From: Octopus vulgaris
Taxonomy: Eukaryota
NCBI GenBank assembly: GCA_951406725.2
Contig: OX597818.1
Span: forward strand, 14,694,001-14,758,000
DNA length: 64,000 nt
Direction of reading: 5' to 3'
Below are positions 36,892-50,756 of the stretch, piece after piece. Every line of letters begins with the position of its first letter. The stretch's first letter is position 1. The notes beneath the pieces were generated by a model that saw nothing but the letters and a program-made list of their open reading frames with translations, was not told the DNA's origin and did no database searches. A program made the translations under genes and the position numbers.

Positions 36892-37504
36892 AGTATACAT
36901 ATGAGGGTGTGCGCGCGCTCGCATTTATGTATGTGTGTATACACATCGCTTTTCGAATTAGACGCAACACCTCTTAAGAAGCATCTCTACTCTACAATGT
37001 TGTTTCGTAGGGAAAAAATAATTTCTTACGTCTCATCATACACCAGATAAAGCGATGTTGAAGTAGTTTCGAAAGGAAAGCATATTTGATAGGAAAACGT
37101 AATTTTTGCATCTAAATACCATGTGAAATGGATTCAAGTATGAAACCATACAGAAGTACCATTATACTATACTTTTAAATACCATTATACTACACTTTGA
37201 AGGGAAATAAATTTTAGGTAAAAAAAAAACTCACAACAAATGCTGATACTTGAAGACAAAGCATACATCTATATCGTGTATATCGGTAAAGGAAAAAATT
37301 TGTTCAAAACAAACAGTGATGTATAATAAATGTGTATGAATTTCTATAAAACAATACACGCAAGCAAAGCAAATATTTCTTTGATATTAGAGCGCAGCAA
37401 GTGATTGCGGAAAACAAATATATTCTAGAATATATTTCAGTGAACAGCATAGGTTGCACAGCATGCAGCATGATAGAATATTTAAAAGGAAAATTATGAA
37501 ATGT

Positions 37505-37770
37505 TATTTATTCATCATCTGCAAAACCTAGGAAATCCTCGTCTTTTTAACCAGATGAATGCAACAACTACAAGGTATGAAAGCTCATTTTCATCGTTAG
37601 CATACATATTATGCTGTAGAATCTGGATCATCTGGATCATCTGGATCATCTGGATATTCAAGAAGCATTAAATATTGCCCTCAAAATCTCCACTGACTTT
37701 ATTCATATAGCGTTATTTTAAATGGTTTAACAACTACCTCTTCTTTCAAAAAATTCCATGAACTTGTTAT
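37505..37770 (-). pseudogene. C-terminal relic of a pogo/Tigger-like transposase
   Basis: Minus pieces SWNFLKEEVVVKPF, DDPDDPDDPD and DEDFLGFADDE* resemble the 'W..I....V.KSF' motif and acidic 'EDFLGF' tail of pogo transposases. Confidence 0.45.
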
Positions 37771-37777
37771 TAACTTA

Positions 37778-38296
37778 CCGTAAATGTTCGAGTATAATCC
37801 GCATTTTTTCCCCAAAATTTAAAGTTCAAAATCCCTAGTGCGTACTATATACGAGGTTAAAAATGAAAAATATTTTCTAAGCAATGTCCAAGTCACTATT
37901 TGCAAAAAAACACCAAGCTTCAGATGCATTTTGTGATATCGGGCGCGAAAATACCTTAAGCTAATCCTGAAAGCAATGAAGTCATAAAAGAATCATCCAT
38001 AACATGCAGTAAGCAACATTTATTAAACGTTATTACTGTTATTACTGTTATTTCTTTATTTTCTACAAAACAAAATGCGCAAAAAAGCTATACGTTTGCA
38101 TTGTGTTATATGCAATAATAATAAAGGACGTTACCGTATAAATTTTTACAAAGCAAGGACGTTATATAAACCTCCTTGACTCAAGTTAGAGAAGGGATAC
38201 GTATTATACACAAGGTTTAGGTTTTTCAGAGGTACAGCCCCCTAAAAATCCCCTGCGTATTATACTCAAGGGCGGACTATACTCGAGGATTTACGG
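37778..38296. mobile_element. Tc2/pogo-like MITE with TA TSD
   Basis: TIRs ccgtaaatgttcgagtataatccgc / gcggactatactcgaggatttacgg, flanked by TA. Confidence 0.85.
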
Positions 38297-39084
38297 TATG
38301 TATTTGTGTAGCAACCAGTTACAAATTAATTAATTAATTAATTGTTCCTTATTCATTTCTCCGCTACATCATCATCATCATTAAAACTTCATCGTTGTTA
38401 CATTTTGATGACCCTCTAAGGAAACTCTTCTTCTTCTTCTTCTTCTTCTTCTTCTTCTTCTTCAAATGTCTAACTAAAGACTATTATTTTACATTTTTTT
38501 ATTTATTATTATATTAGTGCTAACATACAAGTTGGACAGTTGATCAAACAATTTTACCTTTCCCAAAGCAACATATATATAAATATAAACATACATATAC
38601 ACATACATGTACACACATTTGTGTATATAAGAGCAAACATCTTTCTATGATCAAGGAAGGAATATTTCCGAATCGTCTTTTTTCTATAGATCGTTTTCTG
38701 TCGTTGAATCTGCCTAGTTCTCAATTTGAGAACATTGTACACTGACCTCTATAGAATGGTACATTTTTCAGCATAGAAGAACATTACATGCTCAATTAGA
38801 TGCTTATCCAAATTCAGGTTCCTGTTTAGCTTCCTATAATTTGTATTGTAGAGTGAATATATTTGCCACATGACATCAAAACTCCTTTGATTTCTCTTCA
38901 TTCCATGTGAAAATTGCATTTGAGTATTCTAACAGAGAAAGCTTGTAGCGTGATCTAGTTGTTCGACTCAAGATCGTACAGTGGAGGTTTTCGATTCTCA
39001 GACAAGACAACATTTTGTTTTCTTTAGTTAAACGCTTCATATACATATATATATATAGTTAATCCAAACATGAACAAAGAGAAA

Positions 39085-39128
<44 letters not shown>

Positions 39129-39131
<3 letters not shown>

Positions 39132-39740
39132 AGCAGAGTCACCCGGCTTTGCCCGGGAATGAAATTTCGATTCCCAGAACAGTGATGTGTTGAGTTTTTG
39201 GTGTTCCGTCTCGTTCAGGCGGAAGTAATCACCTGCCTGCCAGCCTGCCGAGCCGGCAATCTGACGTCATTCGAGGCTACACCAGCGCGAGGAAGTGCAT
39301 TGTGACCAACGATGTATAACAACATCCGATAGTCTGATCTATACAGTGATACAGGGATACAGTGACATGCATGCATACATACATACACACACACACACAC
39401 ACCTACATACATACACACACACACACATACATACATGCATGCATACATACATACATACATACATACATACATACATACATACATACATACATACATACAT
39501 ACATACATACATAAATGCATGCAAATATGTACACCTATATACATTCATACATACATACAGGTAATTTACATCCGGAAATCTATTCTAAAAGAACGCCAAA
39601 CATTCTGACTCATTTTGCATAGAAAACACCTAATTTTATTACCCCACGCCAAAAAATGCACCTGGGGCTTGTATAGTATAACTTTGTACAAAATTTAGCA
39701 GTATGAAGGGTAATAGACATGTGCATAAACAACTTAAATA
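39129..39740 (-). mobile_element. Helitron-like non-autonomous relic with internal microsatellite
   Basis: Minus 3' end cccgggcaaagccgggtgactctgcttgt (hairpin plus degenerate CTAG). Confidence 0.45.
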
Positions 39741-40008
39741 TGGTTGGATATTTCATTTGAGTAACTTAATCAACAACTCTGTATCCCAGGAAGGGCAGAA
39801 GGGAATTTCTAATAGCCTTAGGGAGAAGGAAGGAGATATCTTGCTGTGTAAGATTGTGTTAAGGGCTTTTCAAATGCTCGGATTTTTTCAGTGTTTTTTT
39901 TTTTAGTTACATTTGAACTGGAATATATTTTGAATTTCCTCAATGAATATTTAGTGTATGTGCTATGAGTGTGTCTAATTTACATTATTCATCTCATTCT
40001 GTGTGTGT

Positions 40009-40040
<32 letters not shown>

Positions 40041-40122
40041 AACTGTGTGTGTATCTAAGCATGCACGTATGTAAATACACACACATTCATGCATACATAC
40101 ATATACATATATATATATACAT

Positions 40123-40164
<42 letters not shown>

Positions 40165-40379
40165 GCATAAATAAGGAGGTGTATATGTACCAATGCACAT
40201 ATATGCTTGTTTTCACATAGATACATTCATGTATTCTGTTGCAGTGTGTATTATATGTAAATAAATAATCAAAATGTGTGTGTGCGTGTATGTTTACGCA
40301 CACGCACACACGCACACACACACACACACGCACACACACACGCACACACACACACGCACACACACATATAGTATAGATG

Positions 40380-40478
<99 letters not shown>

Positions 40479-41160
40479 GCACACATGATACACATACGAA
40501 CATGTACGCACGTAAACTACTTATTTCCACTAATGTTCTGCCTTTCGTACTAAATAGTGTTACGCATGTCATTATACTCAACATATTAATTTCTAGCCAC
40601 TTTAAGATTTTCTGCAATGAACGCCTCTCTTCCATAGCATAAAACATCTAAGACATTTTTATATACTTAAGGCAATTAAAGAGAGCAGTGTTCATAACTT
40701 TTGCATAATTTCCGAGACTAGAAGAGGATAGGCGTGTAAAATTCACCAGCAACTTGGTTCGATATCACTTTCAACTTTGAAATTTGCTGGACCTCAAACA
40801 TCATGTTTGCACCTGCCCGTAAATTTTTGCAGTTTCCAAAGATATTATTCACTAATACAAGCTCCTCTTGTATCTGAAGGCGAGCATCTGTAGCGTGAAC
40901 AACTTTCATTTGTATTCAAAAACAGTCCACGCATTAGGAAAGAGAACATCCAACAGGAACTCGCGTGTTAAGATATCTAGATATCTGGACTAATTTTACT
41001 TCATAACCTCTGTCTTTATGGAGAAAATGAAAGACTTAGTTGCACAAATATGTAACACATCTACGCTTTTGTATTTTTCCTAATATTTTTGAAATTAAAA
41101 CAGTTAGACTATGAATTAATCTATCTACAGATTGCATACAATCTGAGAGTGGAGTATATA

Positions 41161-41394
41161 TATTTTTTTTACTACCCACAAGGGGCTACACACAGAGGGG
41201 ACAAACAAGGACAGACAAAGGGATTAAGTCGATTATATCGACCCCAGTGCGTAATTGGTACTTAATTTATCGACCCCGAATGGATGAAAGGCAAAGTTGA
41301 CCTCGGCGGAATTTGATCTCAGAACGTAGCGGCAGACGAAATACCGCTAAGCGTTTCACTCGGCGTGCTAACGATTCTGCCAGCTCGCCGCCTT
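41161..41394 (-). mobile_element. tRNA-SINE with tail A
   Basis: Full head and core; TSD agagtggagtatata on both sides. Confidence 0.88.
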
Positions 41395-41556
41395 CATAGA
41401 GTGGAGTATATAGTAGTGACTACATAGGTAGATGAGACATCGTTAGCATATCTGCTGAGTGCTCAGCCACTTGCACGTTAATTTCAGAAACAGGCTGTTC
41501 TGTTGGTCGAATGAACTGGAACACTCGTCGTCGTAACCGACGGAGTGACACTTATA

Positions 41557-41775
41557 TACGAAGGGGTACTGAAAAGTCCCTGGTTTGAGAATATCGCAAA
41601 AGGCCTGTTTGGAGACCCAATCTTGCGACTTCTTTTACAGGACTTATAAAAACTGAAAGAACCGCTGCAATAAATGTGTGAATCTGAGAGGGGAATATGT
41701 TGAGTAAAATCATAATTAACTGATCCTCACGTTTTTTTCTTTTACCCAAAACCAGGAACTATCCAGCACCCCATT
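41557..41775. mobile_element. ~215-bp mariner-derived MITE
   Basis: TIRs acgaaggggtactgaaaagtccctgg / ccaggaactatccagcacccc; related copies at 43308-43495 and 49285-49506. Confidence 0.75.
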
Positions 41776-41823
41776 GTGTTATATGTATATATGTATACAT
41801 ACATACATACATACATACATACA

Positions 41824-41893
<70 letters not shown>

Positions 41894-42711
41894 TGTGTTT
41901 GTGTTCATATATGCAGTAAGTACATACAAGAAGAGTCAAGATCATTGAATACGTATGCAATTTATGATTGCAACAGATAGCACCGTACATTTAGTCATCC
42001 GAATTTGAAGTATGTGGTAATCAGATTGAATGTGAAGTGCAGTATAAGTGATCTGTTATTCAGAACATAGAGAGGAGCTCACAAGGAAAAAGCTTCTGGC
42101 TAAGAAAAGCAGATTATTAGTGGAAAAGGACAGAAAAGAAACACATAGATTTCTCTTTAATGATCGAAAGAGCGTGCGAATGGGAAACCTCTGTATAGTT
42201 AGGTGCTGGTTGGCCTTTAGAATTAAAGCTAAAGCCGAGAGTGTATGATAATTTGTAGAGCGGCAAAGCTGTAAACTTGTCAATTGCACAGTCGAGCGTG
42301 CATGTTTATTCCAGCCTAACATATTTCAGAGAAATTTCGATAAGATATTACACGGGATTTGCATCGACTTTAAAATGCTCTGGTTTACAGAAGGTGCCCT
42401 ATAACAAATTTTCTATTGAACGCAAATGAAATAGATATTAGATAAGAAAAATATGAACATAATAAACAAAATAAACTGAAGGAATTATGAACCTGTTGCA
42501 ACATTACGCTCATATAAGTTCCTGAAATTATGTGATTATAAATATATATGTGGATATGTAAAGCCGTACGTGCTCGAATGAGCCGCAACAGAGTCAAAAC
42601 TTTCAAAGTTAAATGGTAGCTCATACAGCTGTGAATTCCTCGGTTAAGTGTTCATGTCTGGTTATACACGTTTCAGTGAAATTTCGAGATTATCAAAAAT
42701 AAAGAAGGTAG

Positions 42712-42863
42712 GTTCAGGAGTTACTGTACGGTAAGAAGTTTGCTTCCCCACCACATTGTACCAGGTTCAATCCCATTGCATGAGTAAGTGTCTTTTGCTA
42801 AAGTTTCGGGCCGATCAAAAGCATTGTGAGTGGATTTGGTGGACGGAAACTGAAAGAAGCCCG

Positions 42864-42951
<88 letters not shown>

Positions 42952-43165
42952 ATGCGTGTGTCTGTATGTGCGTGCGTCTGCCTGTCTGTTTGTTCTTACC
43001 ACCGCTTGGCAACCGGTGTTCGTTAGTTTACGGATAGAAAAAGTACCAGGCTCAACAAAAAAAGTATTGGGATCGATTTATTCGACTGAGAATTCTTCAT
43101 GGTTGTGCCCCAGCATGGCCGGAGTCTAACGACTAAAACAAGTAAAAGATAAAAGTTAAAAGATA
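42712..43165 (+). mobile_element. Full-length CORE-like (OR-type) tRNA-SINE with internal (GT)n
   Basis: Head caggagttactgtacggtaagaagtttgc..ggttcaatccc, body gtgagtggatttggtggacggaaactgaaagaagcccgtcg, tail gactaaaacaagtaaaaga. Confidence 0.8.
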
Positions 43166-43307
43166 CGCTCTAAAACATGGAAATGCTACGTTATAAAAGT
43201 TGCCTATAAATAAAAATATTACTAATTGAAAATGAGAAATATTATAAAAATTTTTAAATACAAGAATTTGTTGTAATACGTAATGAGCTTATGTATTCCT
43301 GATCTAT

Positions 43308-43495
43308 GTACGAGGTAGCTTGAAGGGTATCACGAAAGGCCTAGTTGGCGGCCCAAGCTTCCCTGTTCTTCTACGGGGCTTAGAAAAAACAGAAGGACCG
43401 TTGCTATAAATGTGTTAATCTGAGAAGGGAATAAAATCATAGTTAATAAATCCTCTTGTATTTTCTTTTACCCAAAGCCAGGAACTTTTCACACA
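43308..43495. mobile_element. Mariner-derived MITE copy (internally deleted)
   Basis: Shares aaatgtgttaatctgagaaggg and cccaaagccaggaacttttca with the 41557 copy. Confidence 0.7.
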
Positions 43496-43895
43496 CACAC
43501 ACACACACACAGACACTGTAATTGTAAAATTTGTGCGTGATTCTTAAGAAATTGTACGTATTTATAAATTTTAGGAAATGAAATGCCTGTATTTAAATTT
43601 ATGCTAACACATTTTATGAAATTATATGCGAATATTTAAAAGTTTATGTTTTCGAATTTAGAAAACTGATCAAGAGGGTCATTGGAAAGGAGCGATTAAT
43701 CATAAGCTTCGAGAGTGGCAATGCAAAGTTATATATCAGAGGAGAAGGTAAGCCGCGTTAGGATACGGGGAATTAGGAGATAGAAGGAATCAATAAAAAG
43801 TGAAGGAAAGAAAAATGAGAAGAAGCTGGATAAAGGGAGCGGGAGTAAGTGCTGATAGAAGTGATGTTTATGTTGGCATATTGATGGGGCGTCAT

Positions 43896-44112
43896 AGGGT
43901 GGTGAGTTTGCAGAATCGTAAGCGCGCTGTTCAAAATGCTTAACGTCATTTCGTCTGTCTTTACGTTTTGAGTTCATATTCCACCGAGGTTGATTTTTGC
44001 CTTTCATCTTTTTGGAGTCAATAAAATGAATACCAGTTATACACTGGTGTCGATGTAATCGACTTTACTTCTTCGCGAAATTGCTAGCCTTGTGCCAAAA
44101 TTTGAAACCAAT
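43896..44112 (+). mobile_element. Diverged tRNA-SINE
   Basis: Head, core and tail ttgtgccaaaatttgaaacc. Confidence 0.8.
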
Positions 44113-44559
44113 ATTGGTGGGACATAGTTGTTTACTGTTAAAGGCTTTATGGTAACAGCTGAATTAATTTAATTCATATTTAAGTTGGGCCTTGTTCATA
44201 ATTTCATTTCTTTTAAGCAATACAAATGACTAGTTTTCACAAATTTAGGAAAGTGACCAAATCATAATTTTCAGAAATTCATATTAAACTATCACAGTTG
44301 ATAGCAATCTTTCTAAGGTAAGCATTTTAGATGTCACGCTAATCTTAGAAACAGGTAAATTTTACTCCTGATTAACAATTATTCGATAGTGACAAACAAT
44401 TTCATGTTCCACCAAATATTCATCGTGGGTTAGTCGCCGCCAACAGTAAGTGTATTTCATCCTTAGCCTCCGATAAAAAAGAATTCTGAAGGTTATCAAC
44501 CAATCACATTGAAATACTCAGAAGAGGATGTGGACATTAAGGAAGAGTTAAGCATATAC

Positions 44560-44900
44560 AAATACCAACTATTTTAAAATACAAAAGTTGAACAAAAATC
44601 TCCCTACAATTCAATTTGAATGTAGGTACAAATATAATGAAGGAATTTCTGGACCTGCTGTATCTAACTTTCCCAAGAACTCATAGGATTCTAATTTTCC
44701 TACCTTTGCTGTAAGAACTTTGCCAATAAGAGCAAAATATTGAATGCAAAACGACTAAACAGTAGAAAACAAACCGAATCTAAACACAGCTGTAACTTTA
44801 GGAACCTATCTAAATGCCTTCTTAACGGTCATTTCCTCACCAATTCGGTGGATTTAAATTCGAGCTTCTATTAGTTTCATGCTACGAAAACACGATTGTT
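44560..44900 (+). pseudogene. Possible Penelope-like RT relic
   Basis: Broken-frame KLNKNLPTIQFEC..EFLDLL resembles the PLE RT motif 'LN..HP.I.F......FLD'. Confidence 0.35.
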
Positions 44901-45399
44901 AGGGAGGAGGTGAAAGTTAATGAGACTGCATACACGTACTTTATCAGGAGAGGATTGAGTTTTCCAGTTCAATTTTCCTTTTGCACTGTGATACATATCG
45001 TTCGCCCAACGATCAGCCTTCCTTTGTCATTTTTCAAAAAATGTATATTTGAGTCAGAAAGATTGTTTGGAAACACACGGCATGCTATACGAACTTGTCC
45101 GACAATCGTTTTCTCACAGTATGCAGCTAATAATCGGTCGAGTATCCTATGAGTATTAACTGATATCTATCTTTCACTGGATGGTGTATTTTTATGCTGA
45201 ACACCCGTAACATTCGAGTGATTTTATTTTTCTGAACTGTGATACATATCGTTGGCCCACGAAGACCACCGAAAGAACTTACGCTGTGGGTGTATTTCAG
45301 TCCGGGTTTCCCTCCTACTGTTCTCTTTTTAGTGGCTTGCGGTAATTCTTTTTCAGCTCCAGCTAACGTTTCTCTTTACCCATGGCCATATTGAGCTCT

Positions 45400-45788
45400 T
45401 CGTTAGCACGCCAGGTGAAATGCTTAGAGGTATTTCGCCTGCCGCTACGTTCTGAGTTCAAATTCCGCCGTGGTCGACTTTGCCTATCATCCTTTCGGGG
45501 TCGATTAAATAAGTACCAGTTACGCACTGGGGTCGATATAATCGACTTAATCCCTTTGTCTGTCCTTGTTTGTCCTCTCTGTGTTTAAGCTCTTGTAGGT
45601 AGTAAAGAAACGGGTATTTCGTCTGTTGTTACGTTCTGAGTTCAAATTTCGCCGTGGTCGACTTTACCTTTCATCCTTTCAGAGTCGATAAAATAAGTAC
45701 CAGTTAAGCACTGGGGTCGATGTAATCAACTGAATCCCTTTGTTTGTCCCCTCTATGTTTAGCCCCTTGTGAGCAATAAAGAAATAAA
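45400..45788 (+). mobile_element. 5'-truncated dimeric tRNA-SINE
   Basis: Two cores with junction aaagaaacgggtatttcg; flanking direct repeat atattgag(c/t)tctt. Confidence 0.85.
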
Positions 45789-46138
45789 TATTGAGTTCTT
45801 TTCAGCTGTCCGTGACAATCGTTACACTGTCGCTGTTCTTTTGCGACTATTGATTCCAAACTGGTACATAGAGGCTGTGACAGCACTTTATGCACCAACT
45901 TCCTGTATATATGTGCGGGGTGGCGGTGAGTGTGTGTGTGCATAGATAGGTGGATAGATTGATACATCTCAGTGTCTCTGTATGTGTGTGTGTATGTGTG
46001 TAAGTACATATACATACACTCACATTTCGAGTCACTGACATTCATTCACTGAGACACGTACTCGCGCGCGCTCGCATACACGCACGCACATGCACGCACA
46101 TACACAAACATACATACATACATACAAACATACATACA

Positions 46139-46169
<31 letters not shown>

Positions 46170-46392
46170 CCATAATTATTTCTGCTTACTACTGAATACG
46201 TATTTCACAGTAACACCGACATATATAGGTTACACACGTCCTTTTTTGTATTCTTCGTATACTTTTGTGAGTGTATTTGTTTTGTGTGAACAGGCTGGCT
46301 GTTAGTGGTACGGATTCTTATAATAGAAAAATATGTCAGATATATACAATCATATATTTATAAATATATACATCCATAAATACATGTACACG

Positions 46393-46449
<57 letters not shown>

Positions 46450-46479
46450 TTGCATACATTATACAAACACACACACTTG

Positions 46480-46526
<47 letters not shown>

Positions 46527-46539
46527 ATTTATATATATT

Positions 46540-47000
46540 TATGTGGCTGTATGGTAACTAGTTGCCGGGTTCCCTTGCGTGACATATTGGGTGTTTTCTA
46601 CTATAGCCTCGGGCTGACGAAAGTCTTGTGAGTGGATTTGGTAGGCGGAAACTGCAAGAAGCCCGTCGTATGTATCTATGTGTGTGTGCGTGTGTGTGTG
46701 TATGTATGGCTTAGTGGTTAGGGAGTTGCTCTTAATGATCGCGTGATCTTGGTTTCAATTCCCAGACCGAGTGGTGCGTTGTGTCCTTGAGGAAAACACT
46801 TCATTTCACGTTGCTCTGTGATCACTTCGACACCTGGCGCGTGGCACACCGTGTGCCTGTTCAGACATCGTCGATTTAATGGAGAGAGTGAGCTAATGCG
46901 CGGCACATACATTTAATCATTACAAGCAAATCATTTGTGGAGAATCGCTCGGCAAAAGCTAAACGCTCATACGTCGTTTTCGAAGGGAGAGTCCATCATA
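46540..47000 (+). mobile_element. OR-type SINE 5' half followed by another tRNA-SINE
   Basis: gtggctgtatggtaac...gaagcccgtcg; then tggcttagtggttaggg...ggtttcaattcccagacc. Confidence 0.7.
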
Positions 47001-47484
47001 TATATACACACACATATATATATATAGAGAGAGAGAGGGGGGGCTGTGTGTGTGTATATGTGTGGGGGTGTTTGCATGTGCGTTGGCTTGTGTGTATGAA
47101 AATCTTATAGCAATCAAAATATTGACATTGTTTCCTTTCTACCCACTCACGATCTTTTCGTCACCGACATAACGTTCTGTTTTTTCAAACTACTCTCCCG
47201 TTTTCATTATATTTTGTTCTTAATTCACAATCTAATTATAGTACCCAGCCTTTCCAGTTCGATCATACTAATTATTTTTATGACTGCTATCATAATTTTT
47301 TACTGCCTCATCCTTTGTTCGTTCGTTTTTATGGTTTCTCTTGAATAAAAGATACAACTGACACTAAACCTGATTATATGTATTGGGTCTCCTAACAAAG
47401 ACAATTTCTTACAATTTCTTTGGTCCCTGCGTTATTGAACTGTAGCCGGAATGCTTTGAAACAACTTACCCGTCTAAACAAATA

Positions 47485-48197
47485 TATTGATTTCAAATTT
47501 TGGCACAAGGCCAGCAATTATGCGGTAGGGAGAGTTAAGTCGGTTACATCGACTCCAGTACTCGACTGGTATATATCTTATCGACCCCAAAATAATGAAA
47601 TACAAAGGCGACCCCTGTAGCATTTGAACTCAGAAAGTATTGACAGAGAAACGCCGCTAAGCATTTTTTTCCGGCGCGATAACAATTCTTATTTCTTTAC
47701 TATCCACAAGGGGCTAAACACAGAGGGGACAAAGAAGGATAGACACAGGGATTAAGTCGATTATATCGACCCCAGTGCATAACTAGTACTTATTTAATCG
47801 ACCCCGAATGGATGAAAGGCAAAGTCGACTTCGGCAGAATTTGATCTCAGAACGTAGCGGTAGACGAAATATCGCTAAGCATTTGGCCCGGCGCGATAAC
47901 AATTCTGCCAGCTCGCTGCCTTCATTTATGTGAATATATTGATTTCAAATTTTTGCATTGTGCTAAGTTCGGTGTAGCGAGTAAGTCGATTACATCGACC
48001 CCAGTGTTAAGTTCGGGGTAGGCTGTAAGTCGATTACATCGACTCCTGTGATTAACTGGTACTCGTTTTGTCCACCTCGAAAGGGATGAAAGGCAAAGTC
48101 GACCCCGGTGGCATTTGAACACAGAACGTAAAGTCAGAAGAAATGACACTAAGCATTTTTTCTGGGGCGGTAACGATTCTGCCAGCTCGTCGCCTTC
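47485..48197 (-). mobile_element. Three tandem tRNA-SINE units on the minus strand
   Basis: Cores at ~47605, 47815 and 48090. Confidence 0.85.
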
Positions 48198-48760
48198 ATC
48201 TACGTAAATATATTAAGACCCATGACATCTGTGCAGGCGCAGAAACCTCGAGAATTTAGATGTAGTTCGGAATTTGCATGTTATTTGAAGGGCTGGCAGC
48301 AGTGTCATAGCTAGTGTGTGTTCTGTCCGAGGTAACCCTTAAGCTTTAGATTCTTTAAGTGGTTAAATCTCATCGCTGCTGAGTGCATGGTTCAAACTCT
48401 ATCTGGAAACGAAACAGTCTTTAGTTTATTATTAACTTGAATTTATTTTCCTGTGATAGCCTAGGTGGGATGGTTTATGCAAACTAATATATTTGAAGCT
48501 ATTTTACACATTGATGCCCCTCTTGTTAGTTATCAGTCATCTGTTAAATTTGGGTGGAACTTATTATCGCTCATGCATAGTTAGGCAGAGTTATAGGCCA
48601 TGTATAAAGAGCATAATAGAAGTCTGTAATAAATACAGAACTTTTCATTGTATGGTCAACATTTCATCACCATAAAACTTATTATAGGGCGTATATATTA
48701 GCATATGAATGTGTGTTTGTGTGAGTGAGTGTGAGTATGTGTGTGTGCGTGTGTGTGTGA

Positions 48761-48811
<51 letters not shown>

Positions 48812-49284
48812 AGTGTGTGTGTGTGTGTGTGTGTGTGCGTGCGATAATCTGTTTATTCGAATGATGGCTCTTATAAAACTCGTTGTGTTTTCTTCGTATT
48901 TCGAAAACACCAGAGTGCAGAAAAAATCATTGAATTCAGAGTCTATATATATATATATATATATGATGGACATAGGTAGGTTTAGAGGTGAATAGATTTG
49001 ACTCTTCAATACGGGTCACTGTACTTTGGAATGCTCAGATGCGTGAAAGCAGTAGGTAAAGGAGACCAAATGCGTAGGTATTGAAGATGGTGCAACAGTA
49101 GGTGACCTTTAGATAAAAATAGAAAAAGAAAGCGAAACTCCAAAGAAACACAATTAAATATTGTAAGTGCCATCATCCGAATAAACTTATATTTCCATTC
49201 TGCCACGTGTTATTGAGTACGTTGCTTTAAATTGTGGTCCTGTAAGTTTTTCTTCTAACGGGAGTCTATCGATATTTGTGAATA

Positions 49285-49506
49285 TATGAGGGGGTGCTGA
49301 ACGGTTCCAAACTTTAGGTAAAAGAAAACACAGGAGCGTCGGTTAATTATGATTTTATTCAGCATACTTCCTTCCCAGATTCACACATTTATTGCAGCGG
49401 TCCTTCAGTTTTTCTAAGCCCTGTAGAAGAACTCGGAAGGTTGAGCCTCCAAGCAGTCCTTTCGCGATACTCTTAAAGCCAGGAACTTTTCAGCATCCCT
49501 ATGTAT
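49285..49506. mobile_element. Mariner-derived MITE copy, inverted relative to 41557
   Basis: TIRs atgagggggtgctgaacggttcc / ggaacttttcagcatccctatgta. Confidence 0.75.
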
Positions 49507-49555
49507 ACATACAAAATTAAATATGTGTATGCATGTGTGCAAATAGTATACTCAG

Positions 49556-50290
49556 ATACAGCGTGTTCGGAATAAATTTGACAGTTTGCATAAAAAGAAA
49601 AGAAAGCAGAATATCTCATCAAAAAATACAAGTATTTTTAAAATCACAAATTTTCAACTTTACGGCTGGAAGTAGTCGCCTTCAGTTTCCACCACGCCCT
49701 CAATACAGCTCTGGAATTTGGTGGATACTTTCATCACTGTATTCCTGAGAAGATCTTCGAACACCTCCTTGGTCTTAGTCACCAGCTCGGCCTTGGTGTT
49801 GCAGCAGGCTGAGCGGTTGATATCTTTTTCAACCGCACCTAGTAATACTTGGGATGACAATTAGGGGAATTAAGAGGCCTGACATTGGGGTTGCTGAATA
49901 ATAGTAGAAATTTTCCGACAGTCACTTCTGACTCTTTCTGGAGGTACGGCAAGGAGCCAAATCCTAATACCACACATATGGCCTTCCAGCAGCAATCTTC
50001 TAAAGCCAGTGTTTCCCCACAGTCTCCAACAGATTCACATATCCGTTTGAATTGCACCTAAAGCCCTTTTCAAAGATAAGGGAGTGAATTCTGGAGTGCA
50101 TACACAGTCAGAAAGCCTGTTGTGCCCCTTCCTCCTGGTCAAGGCTTCGTAGTTTCCGTTGCAGCTGTTGGTGTCGCATCTTACAGCCTTTATAGTGTTC
50201 ACAGAGTAGTGAGCAGTAGACGTGATGTCGGCTTTTTGATAACCGGCGTGAATCATGATATAGTTATGTCTTTTCCAATATCTGTCTCCT
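49556..50290 (-). mobile_element. Tc1/maT-like transposon relic
   Basis: Minus frames VRPLNSPNCHPKYY..GAVEKDINRSACCNTKAELVTKTKEVFEDL...IEGVVETEGDYFQ (WPPNSPDLNPLDY-type C-terminus); end tacagcgtgttcggaataaatt. Confidence 0.7.
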
Positions 50291-50670
50291 CTTCTATCTT
50301 TTCTCTTGTCAAAGACAATATTCCTCCAGCGTTCGCTACCTTACATCGTCTGGCCTAACGTACCTCCATGTTTGTTTTCGCTTGGTTTGATGTATGTCTC
50401 CACTGTCCTGTTTTTGTTACCAACTTTGACCCTCCGCAAATCCTAAATTTTATTTTGGTTCGCGGGAGCAACTGCCTTTCGAAGCCTCATATTGTCGTTA
50501 ATTGCTCGAAATGAGGAGTAGATGGACAGCCGACAACTGATGAAGGGTAATATTTTATGTTACTTGCCTTGCTTTCCATTTGTTTCTCTCGTTGTTCGCA
50601 TATCCAAGTTTGTCTTCGTATTTCATGTTGTTTATATTTTGTGACGTCCTGTACGAATATATGCATTTAT

Positions 50671-50730
<60 letters not shown>

Positions 50731-50756
50731 GTACATATATGTGTGTATATATGCAT

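Noticed and set aside
37555-37574. 20-nt micro-exon (ttttaaccag|ATGAATGCAACAACTACAAG|gtatga)
   Set aside because: It lies antisense within a probable pogo transposase relic, so the splice-like signals are likely chance.
42048-42248. Lys/Arg-rich ORF as an exon
   Set aside because: Purine-rich low-information sequence with no recognisable domain or convincing donor site.
48377-48425. Hammerhead motif CUGCUGA...GAAACAGUC
   Set aside because: Core A6 is mutated and there is no stem I pairing; at most an eroded relic.
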